From Callorhinchus milii (Eukaryota): a DNA stretch of 64,000 nt. The stretch spans positions 36,830,001 to 36,894,000 of the forward strand of contig NW_024704742.1 in assembly GCF_018977255.1 (NCBI RefSeq), in the 5' to 3' direction. Both the position numbers and the translations under genes were made by a program. This document shows, piece after piece, positions 1 to 13,352 of this stretch; within the stretch, counting starts at the first letter, position 1, and each line of letters starts with the position of its first letter. The notes under the pieces were generated by a model that saw nothing but the letters and a program-made list of their open reading frames with translations, made no database searches and was not told the DNA's origin.

Positions 1-706
1 TTATTCATCAGTAGTGTCTGGTAAACCTATTTTGGTATATTTGCAAATGAATGCTGTGTTAGTGTACAATTGTCTCCACTACACATTCGTGTCACTTGCA
101 TATGTTGTCATTGGAATTAAACCGACACATGGTTCATGCTCATTCTCAACCACATATTCATGAAGATAGTAATATCCCCAAAAAGAAAGGCGAATTTGGG
201 CTGATATTACTACTACTAATTATAATAATTGTGTAATTTGTTGTACTGTCTTTCACGTTGGGAGAACATCACAGCGCTTCACAGCACTTTCTGTTTAGTA
301 TAGTGATTGTGTCTTCTGTAGGCAAATTTTATAAACTTATACAAAGTTACTTTTATAATTATTCAGTATCCTCTAATGATGCTGCAGCATACACTTTAAC
401 AGGTGGAAAAAGTCAGCTGGGTTAATATAGGATCAATTGCAGTTGAAGAATCCTGTAGGGAACACTGTTATAGGTTTAGCGATGCCAGTAATGAATAATT
501 TTACATAAGCTGATAGACATGAGACAGCTGTGTTTCACAGTTAACATATTTGTCATTCCTCTCTTAAATAATAACAACAATAGTCCTTTCATTTATTATA
601 CTGCAGTATCTTATTATGTTGTTGAGACTTCTCAAATCACCTCACAGAATTTTACTATAATGTATAGGAACTGTGTATTTGTGGGCGAACACAGCCTGTT
701 AAAATA

Positions 707-1148
707 GCAGATGGGATCCTTGGCTTTATAAATAGAGGCATAGAGTACAAAAGCAAAGACATTATGCTAAACCTTTATAAATCACTGGTTAGGCCTTCGC
801 GAGGGTGCAAAAGAGAGTTACCAGAATTATACCAAGGATGAGGGACTTCAGTTATGTGGAGAGACTAGAGTTGCTGGGATGGTTTTCCTCAGAGCAGAGA
901 AGGTTGAGGGGAGATTTAATAGGTGTTCAAAATTATGAAAGGTTTTGATAGAGTGAATAACAGAAGGTGGAAGCATATTCAATAATAACTTTCAAAAGGG
1001 AATTGGATAAATATTTGAAAAGAAAAAAATTGCAAAGCTATGGGGAACGAATGCGTGAGTGGGACTAATTGAATAGTTCTTTCCAAGAGCCGGCATAGGC
1101 ACGGTGGGTCTAATGGTCCTCTTCTGTTCTGTAGGAATCTGATTCTAA
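707..1148 (+). mobile_element. CR1/L3 LINE 3' fragment (degenerate)
   Basis: CR1 ORF2 C-terminal sequence (GILGFINRGIEYKSKDIMLNLYKSLVRP; RLRGDLI) followed by a CR1-type 3'UTR and attct-type tail. Confidence 0.85.
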
Positions 1149-2125
1149 TTTGTGCTTGTAATGTCCCGTAAACAGCTATGAAGCGAATCACCAATTTAGA
1201 TACATATATGCATGTATTTGCCTTTTGAAAGCTACCTTGATTATCACACCTGGCAGGGTATTCAAAAAATCTTTAATGTCGTCCACCTGAACAGGCAGAT
1301 GGGACCTCGGTTTAATGATTAATTCAAAGAATGGGAGAAAATACATACCTCATATCTTCCAATGGTGCTTACAATATTTATTGGCCTCACTGACAGCAAT
1401 TCAAGGGTTTTGAACTGCACTTCAGGTAGATCTTGAAAAATAACACCAGGCAGAACAGCTCTCTTTATATATGACATGAGAAGAAAGATGTTGAGAAACG
1501 TAAACAGGAACAGAAATTAAACATTACCGCCAGCATCGTGTGGATTTAGAATAATCTCAAATAGTTTATGACTGACTTTACCATAGGATCCCCAACTGTT
1601 GTACTAATAGACTGAGCTCCTGTTAACATCAATTGTGAAACTGCAGTGTGCTTGCAGCGTTCCCCTGCTCTATGAACAGGGGTCATTAACTGAAATAATC
1701 AGAAAATTAAGCCAAATTATTTTCAATACACGGTCGAGTTACATTTGGGGAGAGGTGTTTGCAATGAGCGCACATAACATTCTGTATAGGCACAGAAGAG
1801 GGGAGGAAATAAGATTTCATTGATTTTTGTAGCATTGCTATTCATCGTATAGTAGAAAAGGATTATTTTTTACTGCTGTTGCCGACGTATTTGATGATTT
1901 GTTTTCCTTGGCCAGAGCAACTTCTATAGACCTTGAAAAAGTGGGTTAGCTCTCGATTCAGCCCTACTGTGGGAAAGTATGTTGGTTTGCAGCAGGATGC
2001 ATAGATTTGTACTTTTATTATAAGGCTTGTTATTCACTGTAAAGTGTATATACACAGTAGGTGTATGCTGTTAACAGGGTATTCTCTCATTTTTGTCTTT
2101 GCCAGGAAAATCCATTGGTCTCATA

Positions 2126-2305
2126 ATGGATGACCATAGCAGCTCCTTGGATAGCTCCCAGTCTGTCCGAACCAGGCAAAATGTGATTAAGTGTGGGTGG
2201 CTGAGAAAGCAAGGAGGTTTTGTCAAGACTTGGCACACACGTTGGTTTGTACTCAAGGGCGACCAGCTTCACTACTACAAAGACGAAGATGAAAATCGAC
2301 CACTG
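2126..2305 (+). CDS. ARHGAP24: First coding exon of Rho GTPase-activating protein 24 (FilGAP); N-terminal half of PH domain. Exon 2106-2305 includes 20 nt of 5'UTR.
   Basis: Translates MDDHSSSLDSSQSVRTRQNVIKCGWLRKQGGFVKTWHTRWFVLKGDQLHYYKDEDENRPL, matching the recalled ARHGAP24 motif RQNAIKCGWLRKQGGFVKTWHTRWFVLKGDQL. Polypyrimidine tract plus AG acceptor at 2104-2105; GTAAGT donor at 2306; 180 nt, phase 0. Confidence 0.93.
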
Positions 2306-3841
2306 GTAAGTAGGCCAAAGTGAAAATCTTATATGTAATATTGGACAGGTTCCAAAGACCACATATGATTTCAATGCAGTTCTCATAGTGGTACACAAAC
2401 TGTTTAGTGACTCACTTCTTATCACTATATGGAGTAAAGACTAATATACCACGGTAAGATTGGTGTGATATTATACGTAGCCATTTTGTTGATGCTTTGG
2501 GTATTTAATTGATAATATATTTGAATAGTTCTGCTACGTTGCTTTTAATTGGAATTGCAAAATTATTTTGACATAATAGTGATATGAACTCATTTATATT
2601 GTTATTTTTTAACTGCATACAACTACAACAACAACCTGCATTTATATAGCACCCTTCACATGGGGCAGAGTCTTGGAATGCTTAACAGTGGCATACATTG
2701 ATCGTTTCATAGTGTTGAAGAAAAATGTTGCGCTTACAATAAGTGTGCTTTATGCAGCATATTGTTACAATCTGGAATGCACGGCCTGAAGCAGGGTGGA
2801 AGCATAATTCAATAATAACTTTCAAAGGGAAATTGGATATATACTTGGATATATACTAAGCTACAGGACTCCACAAGAAGTGAAATTCTCTGCTTGGGAC
2901 ATAGAAAAATGTGGATCTGTCTACAATTATGTGGAAATAAATGGACCAAAGTAAACCCATTTAAACATTTGAACTGTAAAACAAATTATTTTCTTAAAAT
3001 TGTCTGACATTTAAATTGCTGGACATTTCTACCAGTGGGTGCCAATGGCAACCATCTGGGAGCAAGTCACTTTCTGACCCTCTCAATCATAGTGATGATG
3101 TGTAAGAAAGAGAATTCCAAGCGCAGAAATCAATTGAAAAGAGTCCTTAATGGCCCAAATATTGGTACGGTAAAATCTGAAGGATCAAGTTGTGAGAGTG
3201 ATAAGCAGATGGTAAATTGATAAAGGAAGCAAACAAAATAAAACAGGAGCATTAACCCATGCAGTGCTGAATGTTTGGTTTAAAAAAAAGTTTAGAGGAT
3301 ATAATTACAGTACAACACTCTCCCTTAAGTCCACAGAATACAACAGTTTTGACTGTGCTTTCAGTCACATTTACCATCCCACACGCCCCCTCAGCTCCCA
3401 CCCTTAGCCCAGTTGCCCTGCCGGCATTTGTAAGGGGTTTGAGATGTCTTTCCAGTGTGAAAAAGGTTATGTAAGTGTAATTTGTATTGTACTAAATTAG
3501 CAGGGGTATGTGCGAGACACTTATGAAAAGCTGGTGTGACATTAACTTCCTTTTAATCCCTAGTTTGAGGATTTTGAGCATGCTCCTTGCAATCATTTGA
3601 TAGAATTTAAATGTTTTCATTGTTGGAATTTCATTGTTCTCTTTAATTGCTTGAGGAGAAACTTTTGAGCCTGAGGGAGATTTTCCCCACTGCTGTAAAA
3701 TGGAGCAGTGGGGAAAATATTTGAGCAGATTTTCAGTGCTCCCAGTCATTTCTCATTTACCTCCACTGAATCCTGACCCAGGACTCTACGATACAAATCA
3801 ATTTCACATCAGGTAGAGGCGGTCAAGTCAAATAAACCATA

Positions 3842-4246
3842 GAAAACAAAAACAGAAGTCGCTGAGAACACTCAGCAGGTCAGGCAGCATCTATGGAGAA
3901 AGGAAAGTGAGTCAATGTTTCGAATCCACGACCCTTTGTCAGAACTGGAGCATGTTGGGAGGGAGAGGCTTTTAAGGGTTAACAGAGAGCGGGGAGGCAG
4001 GGCAAGGAAGACAAAGAAGAAAATGGGGTAGAGGACAGGGGATGACGGGTTAAAGAGGTGTTAATGATGCAAAACAAAGGGAGGGATTGCAACAAAACAG
4101 GGGGAAAGAGGTGCAAGAGGTCCCAACGTGCCTCAGTTCTGACGAATGGTCATAGACCCGAAACGTTGACTCACTTTGCTTTCTGACCTGCTGAGTGTTC
4201 CCAGCGATCTTTGTTTTTGTTTCAGGTTTTCAGTATTTTGCATTTT
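3842..4246. mobile_element. Penelope-like-derived element with inverted arms (3842-3947 and 4134-4223), each carrying a hammerhead-like motif
   Basis: Arms are reverse complements (cagttctgacgaa...gaaacgttgactcacttt...ctgacctgctgagtgttcccagcga...tgtttttgtttc) around a purine-rich spacer. PLE assignment is inferred from the hammerhead motif and inverted arrangement. Confidence 0.7.
4135..4171 (+). ncRNA. Minimal type-I hammerhead ribozyme motif (stem II base mismatch)
   Basis: AGUU-CUGACGA-A-UGGUC AUA GACCC-GAAA-CGUU-GACU; stem I AGUU/GACU; conserved core; putative GUU cleavage site after 4167. Confidence 0.6.
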
Positions 4247-5320
4247 GCAAATAATCCATAGAATGATTCTGTCCAAGAGATGTGGCTGCTTTATAGGTGA
4301 GGTGTCAATGGCTCACCCCCTTCCATTTCTCTTTATTTTATACATTAGAGAAAAAAATGTATGTAGTACGTTTGTATATTCTGAGAGTGTCAGACGACTA
4401 CAAACTAGAGGTTCCTCCTCTGATTGCATAGTTGCTGACGTTGAATTTTTCTGGCCTCAAGCCAGCGGGCTATACGGTTAACAGTTTATTTTTGTAACTT
4501 GTTACCAAAGGCCTTATTTGCTGTGTATTATGTCGTGGATTAGTTTGCAAGCAGGAGCCGGGTTAAGGAGGTGGAGAGAGAGAGAGAGAGAGGAGGAAGA
4601 GAGGCGAAGGTGGGAGCTGGGTTGGGACACCTGTGGGAAGTGGCAGTTGAAAGCAGGGAAGGTTTGGAGATGAAGCAGGAGAGTAAGCAGGAGGTAGGAG
4701 CTATGCTAGGGAGGTGAGTGGGAGATGGGCACTGAATAAGGAGTTCAGCCTGAGCTGAATCAGGGAGAGGAGCATAGATAGTTGGGAAGAGAGAATCAAA
4801 GTTGCACCATACAAAAAAAAAATTTAATTTTAAAAGGTCTTATCAAATTGAAACGTCTCAAAGCTCTTTACAATAACTACAATCAAGTGTAGTGTAACTA
4901 CAGTCAAGTGTAGTAGTTGTAAATCATGCAGGGATTGGTGTATTATATAGTAAACATTGATTGCATCTTTCTTTAAATGATGTTTGGGTATTCACGTAGG
5001 TTGGGAAAAAGATAAAAAGTCTTTTACTTCTCTGCAAAGCGTCCACTTTGAATGTGGCTGTGAGCTGAACACTCTGCTGCTGCTTTAATGAGCCACTGCA
5101 TTTACTTGAACACACAATGGCCACTGGTTAATTCACTTCAAAATGATTCAAATAGTCGAAGAATAATGAGAATCTTTATCTAAGATTATTTACTTCTTAT
5201 GACAGGTGAAATCAATAAGGAATGCAAGATGACAGAAATTGTGCAAGGAGCAAGAGGTGTGATGGAAATAAAGACCTTCCCCAACTCTATACTTTCATTT
5301 GTTCTTAAGTATTAAGAAGT

Positions 5321-5748
5321 GCAGTCTTGTAGCTTAGTGGTTAGAACATTTGCCTAGCAAGCGAGAGGACCCGGGTTTGATTCCCGGGCAGGCCGAAAGA
5401 TTGGGCAAGTTTCCTCACTCCATACGACTCTGTTTACCATCTGCTTATCACTCTCACAACTTGATCCTTCAGCAATAAATAGGAACCTGGTAGTTAGTCA
5501 ATTGGTGGATCACTTTTCTGGGGATAATAATCCCTTTAAAAATAAATCAATAAATAATAATAAAAGAAAATAATAATTTGGTCACTCAATCTATGCCTGT
5601 TTGTGGGACACTGCTGCCTACAGTTGGCTGCCACGTTTCACCCACAAAATATACAGTCAATTCACTTTACAGTATATTCGGTGAAGTGCTTTGAGACGTC
5701 TCGAAGATGTGACAAGGCGCTATATCAAATGTAAGGATTATTATTACT
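5321..5748 (+). mobile_element. tRNA-derived SINE (family A) with L2-type tail
   Basis: Head has A box TAGCTTAGTGG and B box GGTTTGATTCC; body gtttgtgggaca...; tail aaggcgctatatcaaatgtaaggattattatt. Confidence 0.85.
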
Positions 5749-6499
5749 TAGATTTGCAGTAAAAGGGAAACTGCAGCTTTAACATGGAGTTGGACTGATG
5801 TTATTTACAATGACAAGAACAACAACAACAGCATGCTTTTACATAGTGCCCTTCATGCGGAGTAATGTCTCAGGGAGCTGGGCACAGATTTTGTGTAGAA
5901 TTTCCTTAGCACTCTGCAAAACAGAAACCGGGTGAATATAAGAATTATTTCAAAAAGGGATTGCTAGTGAGGCACACTGCCTGAATAATCTTGCATTCTA
6001 AATGCTGGCTTTTGAATACATTTGAAAGTCCAGTCCTCATTACAGATTCGAAATGCTGGCACAGCGGATAATGCTTCAGTGTAATGTAGCACGAGATCCA
6101 CATATTTGTGTGACTGAGTAGTAGTCAGTATTAGACTGGATTCATGCAGCTCATTATAAGATGGATCTCTGGAATACCTCTGCGCTGTCTTGCTGGGAGG
6201 ACAGAGAATCAGGATGTGGTGCTTTATGGAAGATCTTAATAATGCTTTATATGGGGATAGGGCAGATAAATAGAATTAGGTTAGAAGCCATAATCTTATT
6301 AAATTTCGGGGAAGGCTCGAGGGGCCAAATGGCATACTCCTGCTCCTACATCTTATGGTCTTATCTCTTACAACTTGTACTGTAACTGATCAATAAATTC
6401 AGAGAAGCGGAGTGAGTCCACAGCAGCTTTTACAATTGGCAGCGTTTGATAAACATTTGAAATCTTTACTTGAATCTTTAAAAGCACCACAAGCGTACA

Positions 6500-6905
6500 A
6501 ATCTATTTTTGATCTAACTATTTTGGGGTCGACTGGGTGTATGACACCCATCAGCATGATTAAGAGTCTTCAAACCAGACTGAGTGCTCCACAAATGCGT
6601 GCCATTTACACATAGAAACTTCCTTGTTTTTAGAATGAAATGCTTACTCTCTCCCTAGAGGAGTTCCCTGCTTACTTAATTACGGAGAGCATTAAGCACA
6701 CGTTGCAAGAGCCAAGGCTTGCAGACCCAAAATGTGCATGGGTACTGCTGGAGTTTAACAGGAGTTTAAAACCGCATAGCTTACCACTGAAAGCACTGTC
6801 TGCAAAGCTTCCTGTTGCTTGTCCACCTAGAAAACTCTAACTGTTGGGGCTTTGGCTTGCGAGGGTAACAGGAACTGAGCAGGTAAAAAAATCCCTGCTC
6901 CTAGT
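6500..6905 (-). repeat. Unclassified repeat family U copy
   Basis: gggtactgctggagtttaacagg; ctctccctagagg; ccagactgagtgctccac. Confidence 0.72.
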
Positions 6906-8377
6906 AACTTGAATATGTTTACAAATAGCAGTTTCTGTTTGGTGGAACATACGTTTTCAACGACATGATCTTAAGAACTATTGTCGTATATCAATGTAAA
7001 AAAGAGCCACTGCCCACAATAAAGTCACACATTACGTAGTTCTTGGCTGTGGACTTTTATGGTGAGCGAAAAGTACCAAAACATCCACACATGGCTTGGG
7101 ACCGTAGTGTCTGTATTTGCCAAATGGGAGTGAGGTCTGAATGGGATGACTCTGAAAATGTCAGCCTGTAAATCGACTCAATGTGAGTACACACTGATAG
7201 TTGCCATAAGGATAATTTTTAGAGCGATCACCCATGTCAATTTGAGTAAGAAAACACAATGTCACGTGACATTTTGTTATTACACCTTCAATATCTCACT
7301 CGGGGGAAATGTCACAAAGCACAATGCCATAGGCCTTTCAAATTAAAGCCACTGTCTTTCTTCCTGAACTAGTAGCTATAACTTATTATTTTAGAAACAG
7401 CTTTTCTTAGTCTCAGATTTAATTTTGGATTGGATATTAGTCTAAAGCATGGTGAAGGGTTTCTGTATGTGTCAGACACCCGGCTGATCCAAAAAAATGC
7501 ATACTGGGTCCTTCAAGCAGGGCTGTGTCCCTCAGCCAGAGTTTAGGCAGTAAAAATAGACAGCAATATATCACTGTCAGCTGTGAGAAGTGAAGAGACA
7601 AACTGCAATTTCCCTTCTCAGACCTGTGATTTCACAGTTTGCTTAGAAAGAGCGATACAGAGCCATTTGGCTATACAGAGGAGGAATGACCTGCATTTCA
7701 GTGCATACTGTGAACGGGATGCAAATTATAACCTTTTCACGGGATGCCAACTGTTTCCCACCCATTCAGTTCTCCCGTTTGAAATCTCTGTCCCTTTGAC
7801 AACATTCACACCTTTCTTTAGTGGGAGTACGAGGTGGTGAGCTGCTGATCCCTCCATGGCTTTTACCTCTTGACCTCCCATCTCTAGCCGGGTGCCAGGG
7901 ATACAACTGGTCATCACAGCTGTTGGCAATGCTACTCCCGAGTCAGCTGACAAAGAGTCGAGATGGATAACGTCAGATTTTCCTTCCATCAGGTCAGAGA
8001 GTGTTGTAATTTTAGATTCCTCTTCTTTCCCCCACCTCCCCAGAGGACCATGAAAAGCTTCCTGTGCGTGGCTGAAATAACTGAATGCCACCAGCACTGG
8101 AAATTTAAATGCCTTCAGTGAAATGAGACAGGAAGATTTTTTGAACGGTGCATCCTTTCCATTGTCAAGAACACAAGAGTGTTGAAGGTCTTTTGGCCTC
8201 TTTGATCTCATCCATCCAGAAGTCTCAAATTACCATCTTTACCTTTACAGCATCTAGCTGCTTCGGAAATTAATCCAGTGTCCTGGCATTGACCTAAAAG
8301 TGACTTTCAAAGCCCTAAACCCATGACGTCATGTTCTGCTGCCTTGGCGCAACTGTATTGTATACAAGTAATTTGAG

Positions 8378-8915
8378 ACAACAATAATTTGCACTTATAT
8401 AGCGCCCTCCACTCAGGGTAGAGTCTCAGAGTGCTTAACAATGGCGGAGCCTGACTCCAAGCCAGGGGAGGAGTGTGGGGATGGCTGTAAGCACGATCGA
8501 AGAGGAAGGTTTTCAGGCGGGACTTGTAAAAGGGGAGAGAGGGGGCAAGATCTTTGTCCTCACTTTTAAATTCCTCCATGATCTTGCCCCACCCTACCTC
8601 TGTGACCTTCTAAAACTCTACTAACACACCTGCTCACTGCCTGATTCACCCACCTGCCCTGCCTGCCCCACCATCTGCGGTTACACTTTCAGCTTATATG
8701 TCCCCACTCTCTGGAACTCCACCCTGGATTCCCTTTGCCTCACCTCCTTCAAGACCTGCCTCAAGACCTTCTTTATCTGCGCCTTGGGTCAGCTTCCCCT
8801 ACCACCCCCACCCCTCCTGAATCCAAGCTCCCAGCTCAATACAAATCCTCAACTGTCCAGCTCCTTGGGTTGACGTTAAAGGCTCTATATAAATGAATTT
8901 GTTATTGTTATTGGT
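8378..8915. mobile_element. Two adjacent L2 3' fragments in opposite orientation (- 8378-8550; + 8550-8915)
   Basis: aataatttgcacttatatagcgccc tail on the left; FKFLHDLAPPYLCDLL and aaaggctctatataaatg...gttattg tail on the right. Confidence 0.7.
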
Positions 8916-11892
8916 TGTGGTGGTTTAATGGAGCTGTCACTTAGCACGAATTTTAGCAGATAAAAACATGATTTATTATCAGTATAATTGTATTCCATTC
9001 ATATTCACCTAATATTTTGTAACTGGTTCAGATCTTAACACTCCTTTTTTTAATTTTCCTTTTTAAATTTAGAGCTCCTTACAACTCAAACTTTTGTTTA
9101 GGAATTCATCTTATTTAATTTTCACTGCAAATTTTTAATTGAACATGAGCATCAAATATATATCTTCCCCTGAATGCCCTTGAGGTTAAATAATGCCTGA
9201 ACACGACAAATGTAGCACCTAATTAAAGCTCACTTTCTAAAGGGTAAAATAATGCATGTCAGAGCTTTGTCATTATCTCAGCTTTTCAGAGTTATTAGTT
9301 TGCAAGATCATTTAAAACATCATCTCATCTTGTCCTAACTATACTTACTATGGAATTACAATTATAGTAAATTGGGCTGGGATTGCTAATTTTATTATTG
9401 TCTGATAATAGTCTCCTGGCCTCTTTACCGCCATCATTCCTTGTTCTGCACTGCAGAACAGCTAACCCGCACCTCTGATTAATTATGTACAGCAAAAGAA
9501 GTGAGCTTTTTCTCCCTCAGAGTTAATTGTATTTTACATATGCAACATCCATCATTTGCGGCCATTTTTGCATTGATTGTCTGTTATTAGAAACATAAAT
9601 TGAGTCTAGAGGAGGTGAATTCACTTAAGTTTCACTATACTGGCTAGCCTGAGGTCCACTCATCGAGGTCCACTGCTGAGCAGTAGAGGAGCAATATGCA
9701 ACAGCTGAAGCTGAACCTACCTGAACCCCAATTGTTTCAACACATGAATTTCCATGTGTAGGTGGAGTGCATAGAACTCTCCGTGTGATTTGGATACTCT
9801 TGGATAAACATGGTGATGGGTTTCTCCATGTGTCAGACACGTAGCTGATCCAAATAATAGTCATTGATAGCATTAAACCATTCTACCTGTAGTATTTACT
9901 TGCATGAGCTCAATCTGTTGGGTCTGTTGACATCAAGCATTAACTACACTTAATACATATGAGGCTGGGTGAAACCATCCAAACACAATTCAACTCCGAG
10001 TTTCTCCCAGCACTGAGCACATGCTGGCTTTTAAGAACGAGCCTCGATTTAACATCTCATCCAATGTTAACACCTCTAATAAAGTGTTGTGCCTTCAGCA
10101 CTGCGCTGGAATGTGATCCTAGACTATATGAGTTCAAAGTCCCAAAGTGGGGCTTGAACCCACAATCTTCTGACTCAAAGGGTAGAATGCTATCCTCCAT
10201 AGCACCTTCCAATGCAAACTAAATGAAGTGCTTTACAAAATATAACAATAAAACTGATCGTAAAAGAAAGTTAATGTTATACAGCAGCTAATCTGTACCA
10301 GCAATGTCACACAAACTGTGACGAGAGAGGAAATGGCTTTTTTTAAACTTCCTGTTCCACAGCTGGCTGTTTCCACCCTGCCACGCAAATATAATTCTGT
10401 CTCATAAGAATCTTTGCAAATGAGTGAATACAAATCGTTGTTTGTCATTTGTAAGCCAAACTGTACAGTCTTCACCAACACCTGCTACTACATTCCAAAA
10501 TTGTCATTGCAACAAAGGTCACTTGCTGCTAACCCAAATCTTCCCCTGCACTCTATTAAACAGATAATGCCTCTTTAATGTTAATCCAGCAGGTTTGCAT
10601 GTTTGCAATGCATTTAAGAGTTGCTTTTTTTTTGTGCTGAGGTTCGCCAAAATTATCATTTGCATCATCACTTCACTGAATGCTCCACCTCCCTACCTCT
10701 CAGGCCCGTTCACATCCCACTCCTCTACCCGTCCCCTTTGCTCAGCCGGCTCTGGCCATCTGCACATCCCTCATCCCCTCTATTCCACTGTTGGAAACCG
10801 TGTTGTTGCTACGTATTGTTGTGCCTCGCCTTCTCTTTGCCCATCTTCATATTGCACCTCTTCAACTGTACTTACACGCACTTACCCTTTCTTCCTGGCT
10901 TGGTATCAAACTACAGCATCGTTAAGCGCTCCGAGATACTGCTCCCTGTGAAAGATGCTATATAAATGCAAGTTGTTACTGCATCATATCTGGTTCGCAT
11001 ACTGTTAAGCAAGGTGATGGTTTCCTTATTTGTCGTACTCGTCTGAACAAAAACAATCACATGTATGTCAAGTAGTTTGGATAAAACATAACCGCCTTCA
11101 TTTCAAATTACAGTAGGAAATTTTCAAGGCCAGGAATTGAAGTTTAATTTCTTGTGAAAACAGCAGGAAACAGCACCTTGCAGAATCACTACACTGAATG
11201 CCTCAGTACCTCCCTACCTCTCAGGTCTCTTCACACTCCACTCCTCTACACTTCCCCTTTGCTCAGCCAGCTCTTACTTGTGAGCTTGTTAAATGTGCTG
11301 AAATCTAGCTGGGGCCTTTCTTAGTGTATAAGCAGCAACAACTTGCATTTATATAGTGTCCATCACATGAATTAGCGTCCTGGAGCACTTCTAAGCAATG
11401 TTGAACCATTACGCACCCATCAAACTGAGGAGTACCTTCCCCATTTTATCTGATTCAGAGATCAGACATTCCAATTGTGTCTTCTGTTTTGCCTTCTATT
11501 AAACATGCATGTTAGGTACTAAATAATGGATGTGCTTTGTGATTAGAAGGCGGTAATCGAATCAAAGAATTCAGATGATGGTTGTAGACCACAGGAAGCA
11601 AAGCACCAGCCATTTACAACAGTTATCTGAGCCCTGGGATGAGATTGCATGACATCTGTTATTTTAATAGTACTTGGTATGAACTTTATGGGCTGGTTAT
11701 ATTCAGTTTTGGAAACACTTGTGACCTATTAGCAACCATAAGCACTGACCATGTCTGACTACGTGCCTCCATGTTGTGAAAGGGGTGAAACTGAAGGATT
11801 AAGAATTACAACATCGCTCTTGCATCAGTTCGTAGTCGCTCGCTGGGAAATGTTATGGTTAGTAACTAAAACTTTTATGGCTAGTAAATAGA

Positions 11893-12450
11893 CTGCTTGT
11901 CGGCCTCCCCAACTCCTCCCTCCACAGGCTGCAGATCATCCAGAACTCTGCAGCCCTTGTCCTTTCCCGCACTAGGCATCGTGACCCTATCACACCCATC
12001 CTTCCCCAACTCCTTTGGCTTCCCATTTCATAGAGGATACAGTTCAAGATCCTGGCCCTCACCTTCAAAGCACTCCACAGTCTTGCTCCCCCCTACCTCT
12101 CTGACCTCCTAATCCACTACTACCTGTCCATTCCCTCCGCTCAGCGGATTCCAGCCTGCTTCATGTGCCCGTCTTGCTCGCCCCACTGTTGGCGGCCGGG
12201 CCTTCCACCACTCCGCATCCACCCCTGGAACTCCATCACACAGTCCCTCCGTCTCACCCCCTCTCTCATCCTCAGGACCCACCTCAAGACCCTCCTCATT
12301 GACTGTGCTTTCGATCTCCCTGCTTCCCCACTCCCCTCCCCCACCCCGACCCTCAGCTTGGGTCCGTAACTCTGTCTGTCCAGCGCCCTGGGACATCCTC
12401 CCAACATGAAAGGCACTATACAAATGTAATTTTGTTATTGTTGTTGTTGT
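11893..12450 (+). mobile_element. L2 LINE 3' fragment
   Basis: LQIIQNSAA and FKILALTFKALHSLAPPYL; (TTG)n tail. Confidence 0.88.
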
Positions 12451-12757
12451 ATAATGATATGTAGAAACCATTCTGTTCATTATCAGTAAATGTGCCCACA
12501 TCCTAATGCGCGATGTGAAACCATAACTGAAATCCCTCCATTTCCTCGCCACACCTTACCTCTGGCATCTCCTGCAACCCAACTGACCTGACCTTTCCCT
12601 CTGCTCAGTGAACAACAGTCTGCTTCACATCCACCGCCCTATGCGTCCTACCATTGGCAAACGAGCTTTCAGCCATTCTTCCCTGCTTTTTGGAACTCCA
12701 TGCCAGAGTCTCTCCAACCTGCCCTCTCCCTTTCCACTTTCAAAGCCTCAAGTCTTA

Positions 12758-13352
12758 CAACAGCAGCAACAAAATTACATTTGTAAAGTGCCTTTCATGT
12801 CAGGAGGACGTCCCAAGGCACTGAACAGTCGTGAATCAGGACCTGATAGTGGGGCGGCAGGATTGGGATGAGGGAGGGCAGAGGAGGTAGGGGGCAGCTG
12901 AAGGCATGGTCAAAAAGGAGGGTTTTGAGTTGTGCTTTGAAGGAGGCAAGCAAGGGAGCAAGATGAAGGGATTGTGGGATGGAGTTCTAAAGGGTGGGCA
13001 CAAAGAGGCTGAAAGCCGCCGATGGTAGAGTGGGTTGGGCGGGAGACATGGAGCAGGCCAGAGCCTGCTGAGCGGAGGGAGCAGGCAAGTTGTTAGGAAG
13101 TCAACAGGTCAGAGATGTAGGAGGGGGCAAAGGTGTGGAGGGCCTTGAAAGTAAGGACGAGGATTTTGAATTCTATCCTCTGAGGGATGGGGAGCCAGTG
13201 GATTTGGGTGAGGGTAGGGGTGATGGGTCACGGAGCCTGGTGCAGGAGAGGACACAAGCTGCAGAGTTCTGGATGATCTGCAGCTTGTGGAGGGAAGAGT
13301 TGGGGAGGCTGATAAGGAGGGAGTTTCCACAGTCGAGCCTTGAGGTGATGAA
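12758..13352 (-). mobile_element. L2 LINE 3' fragment
   Basis: Reverse complement of the same L2 3' end; caacaaaattacatttgt tail on the + strand. Confidence 0.86.
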
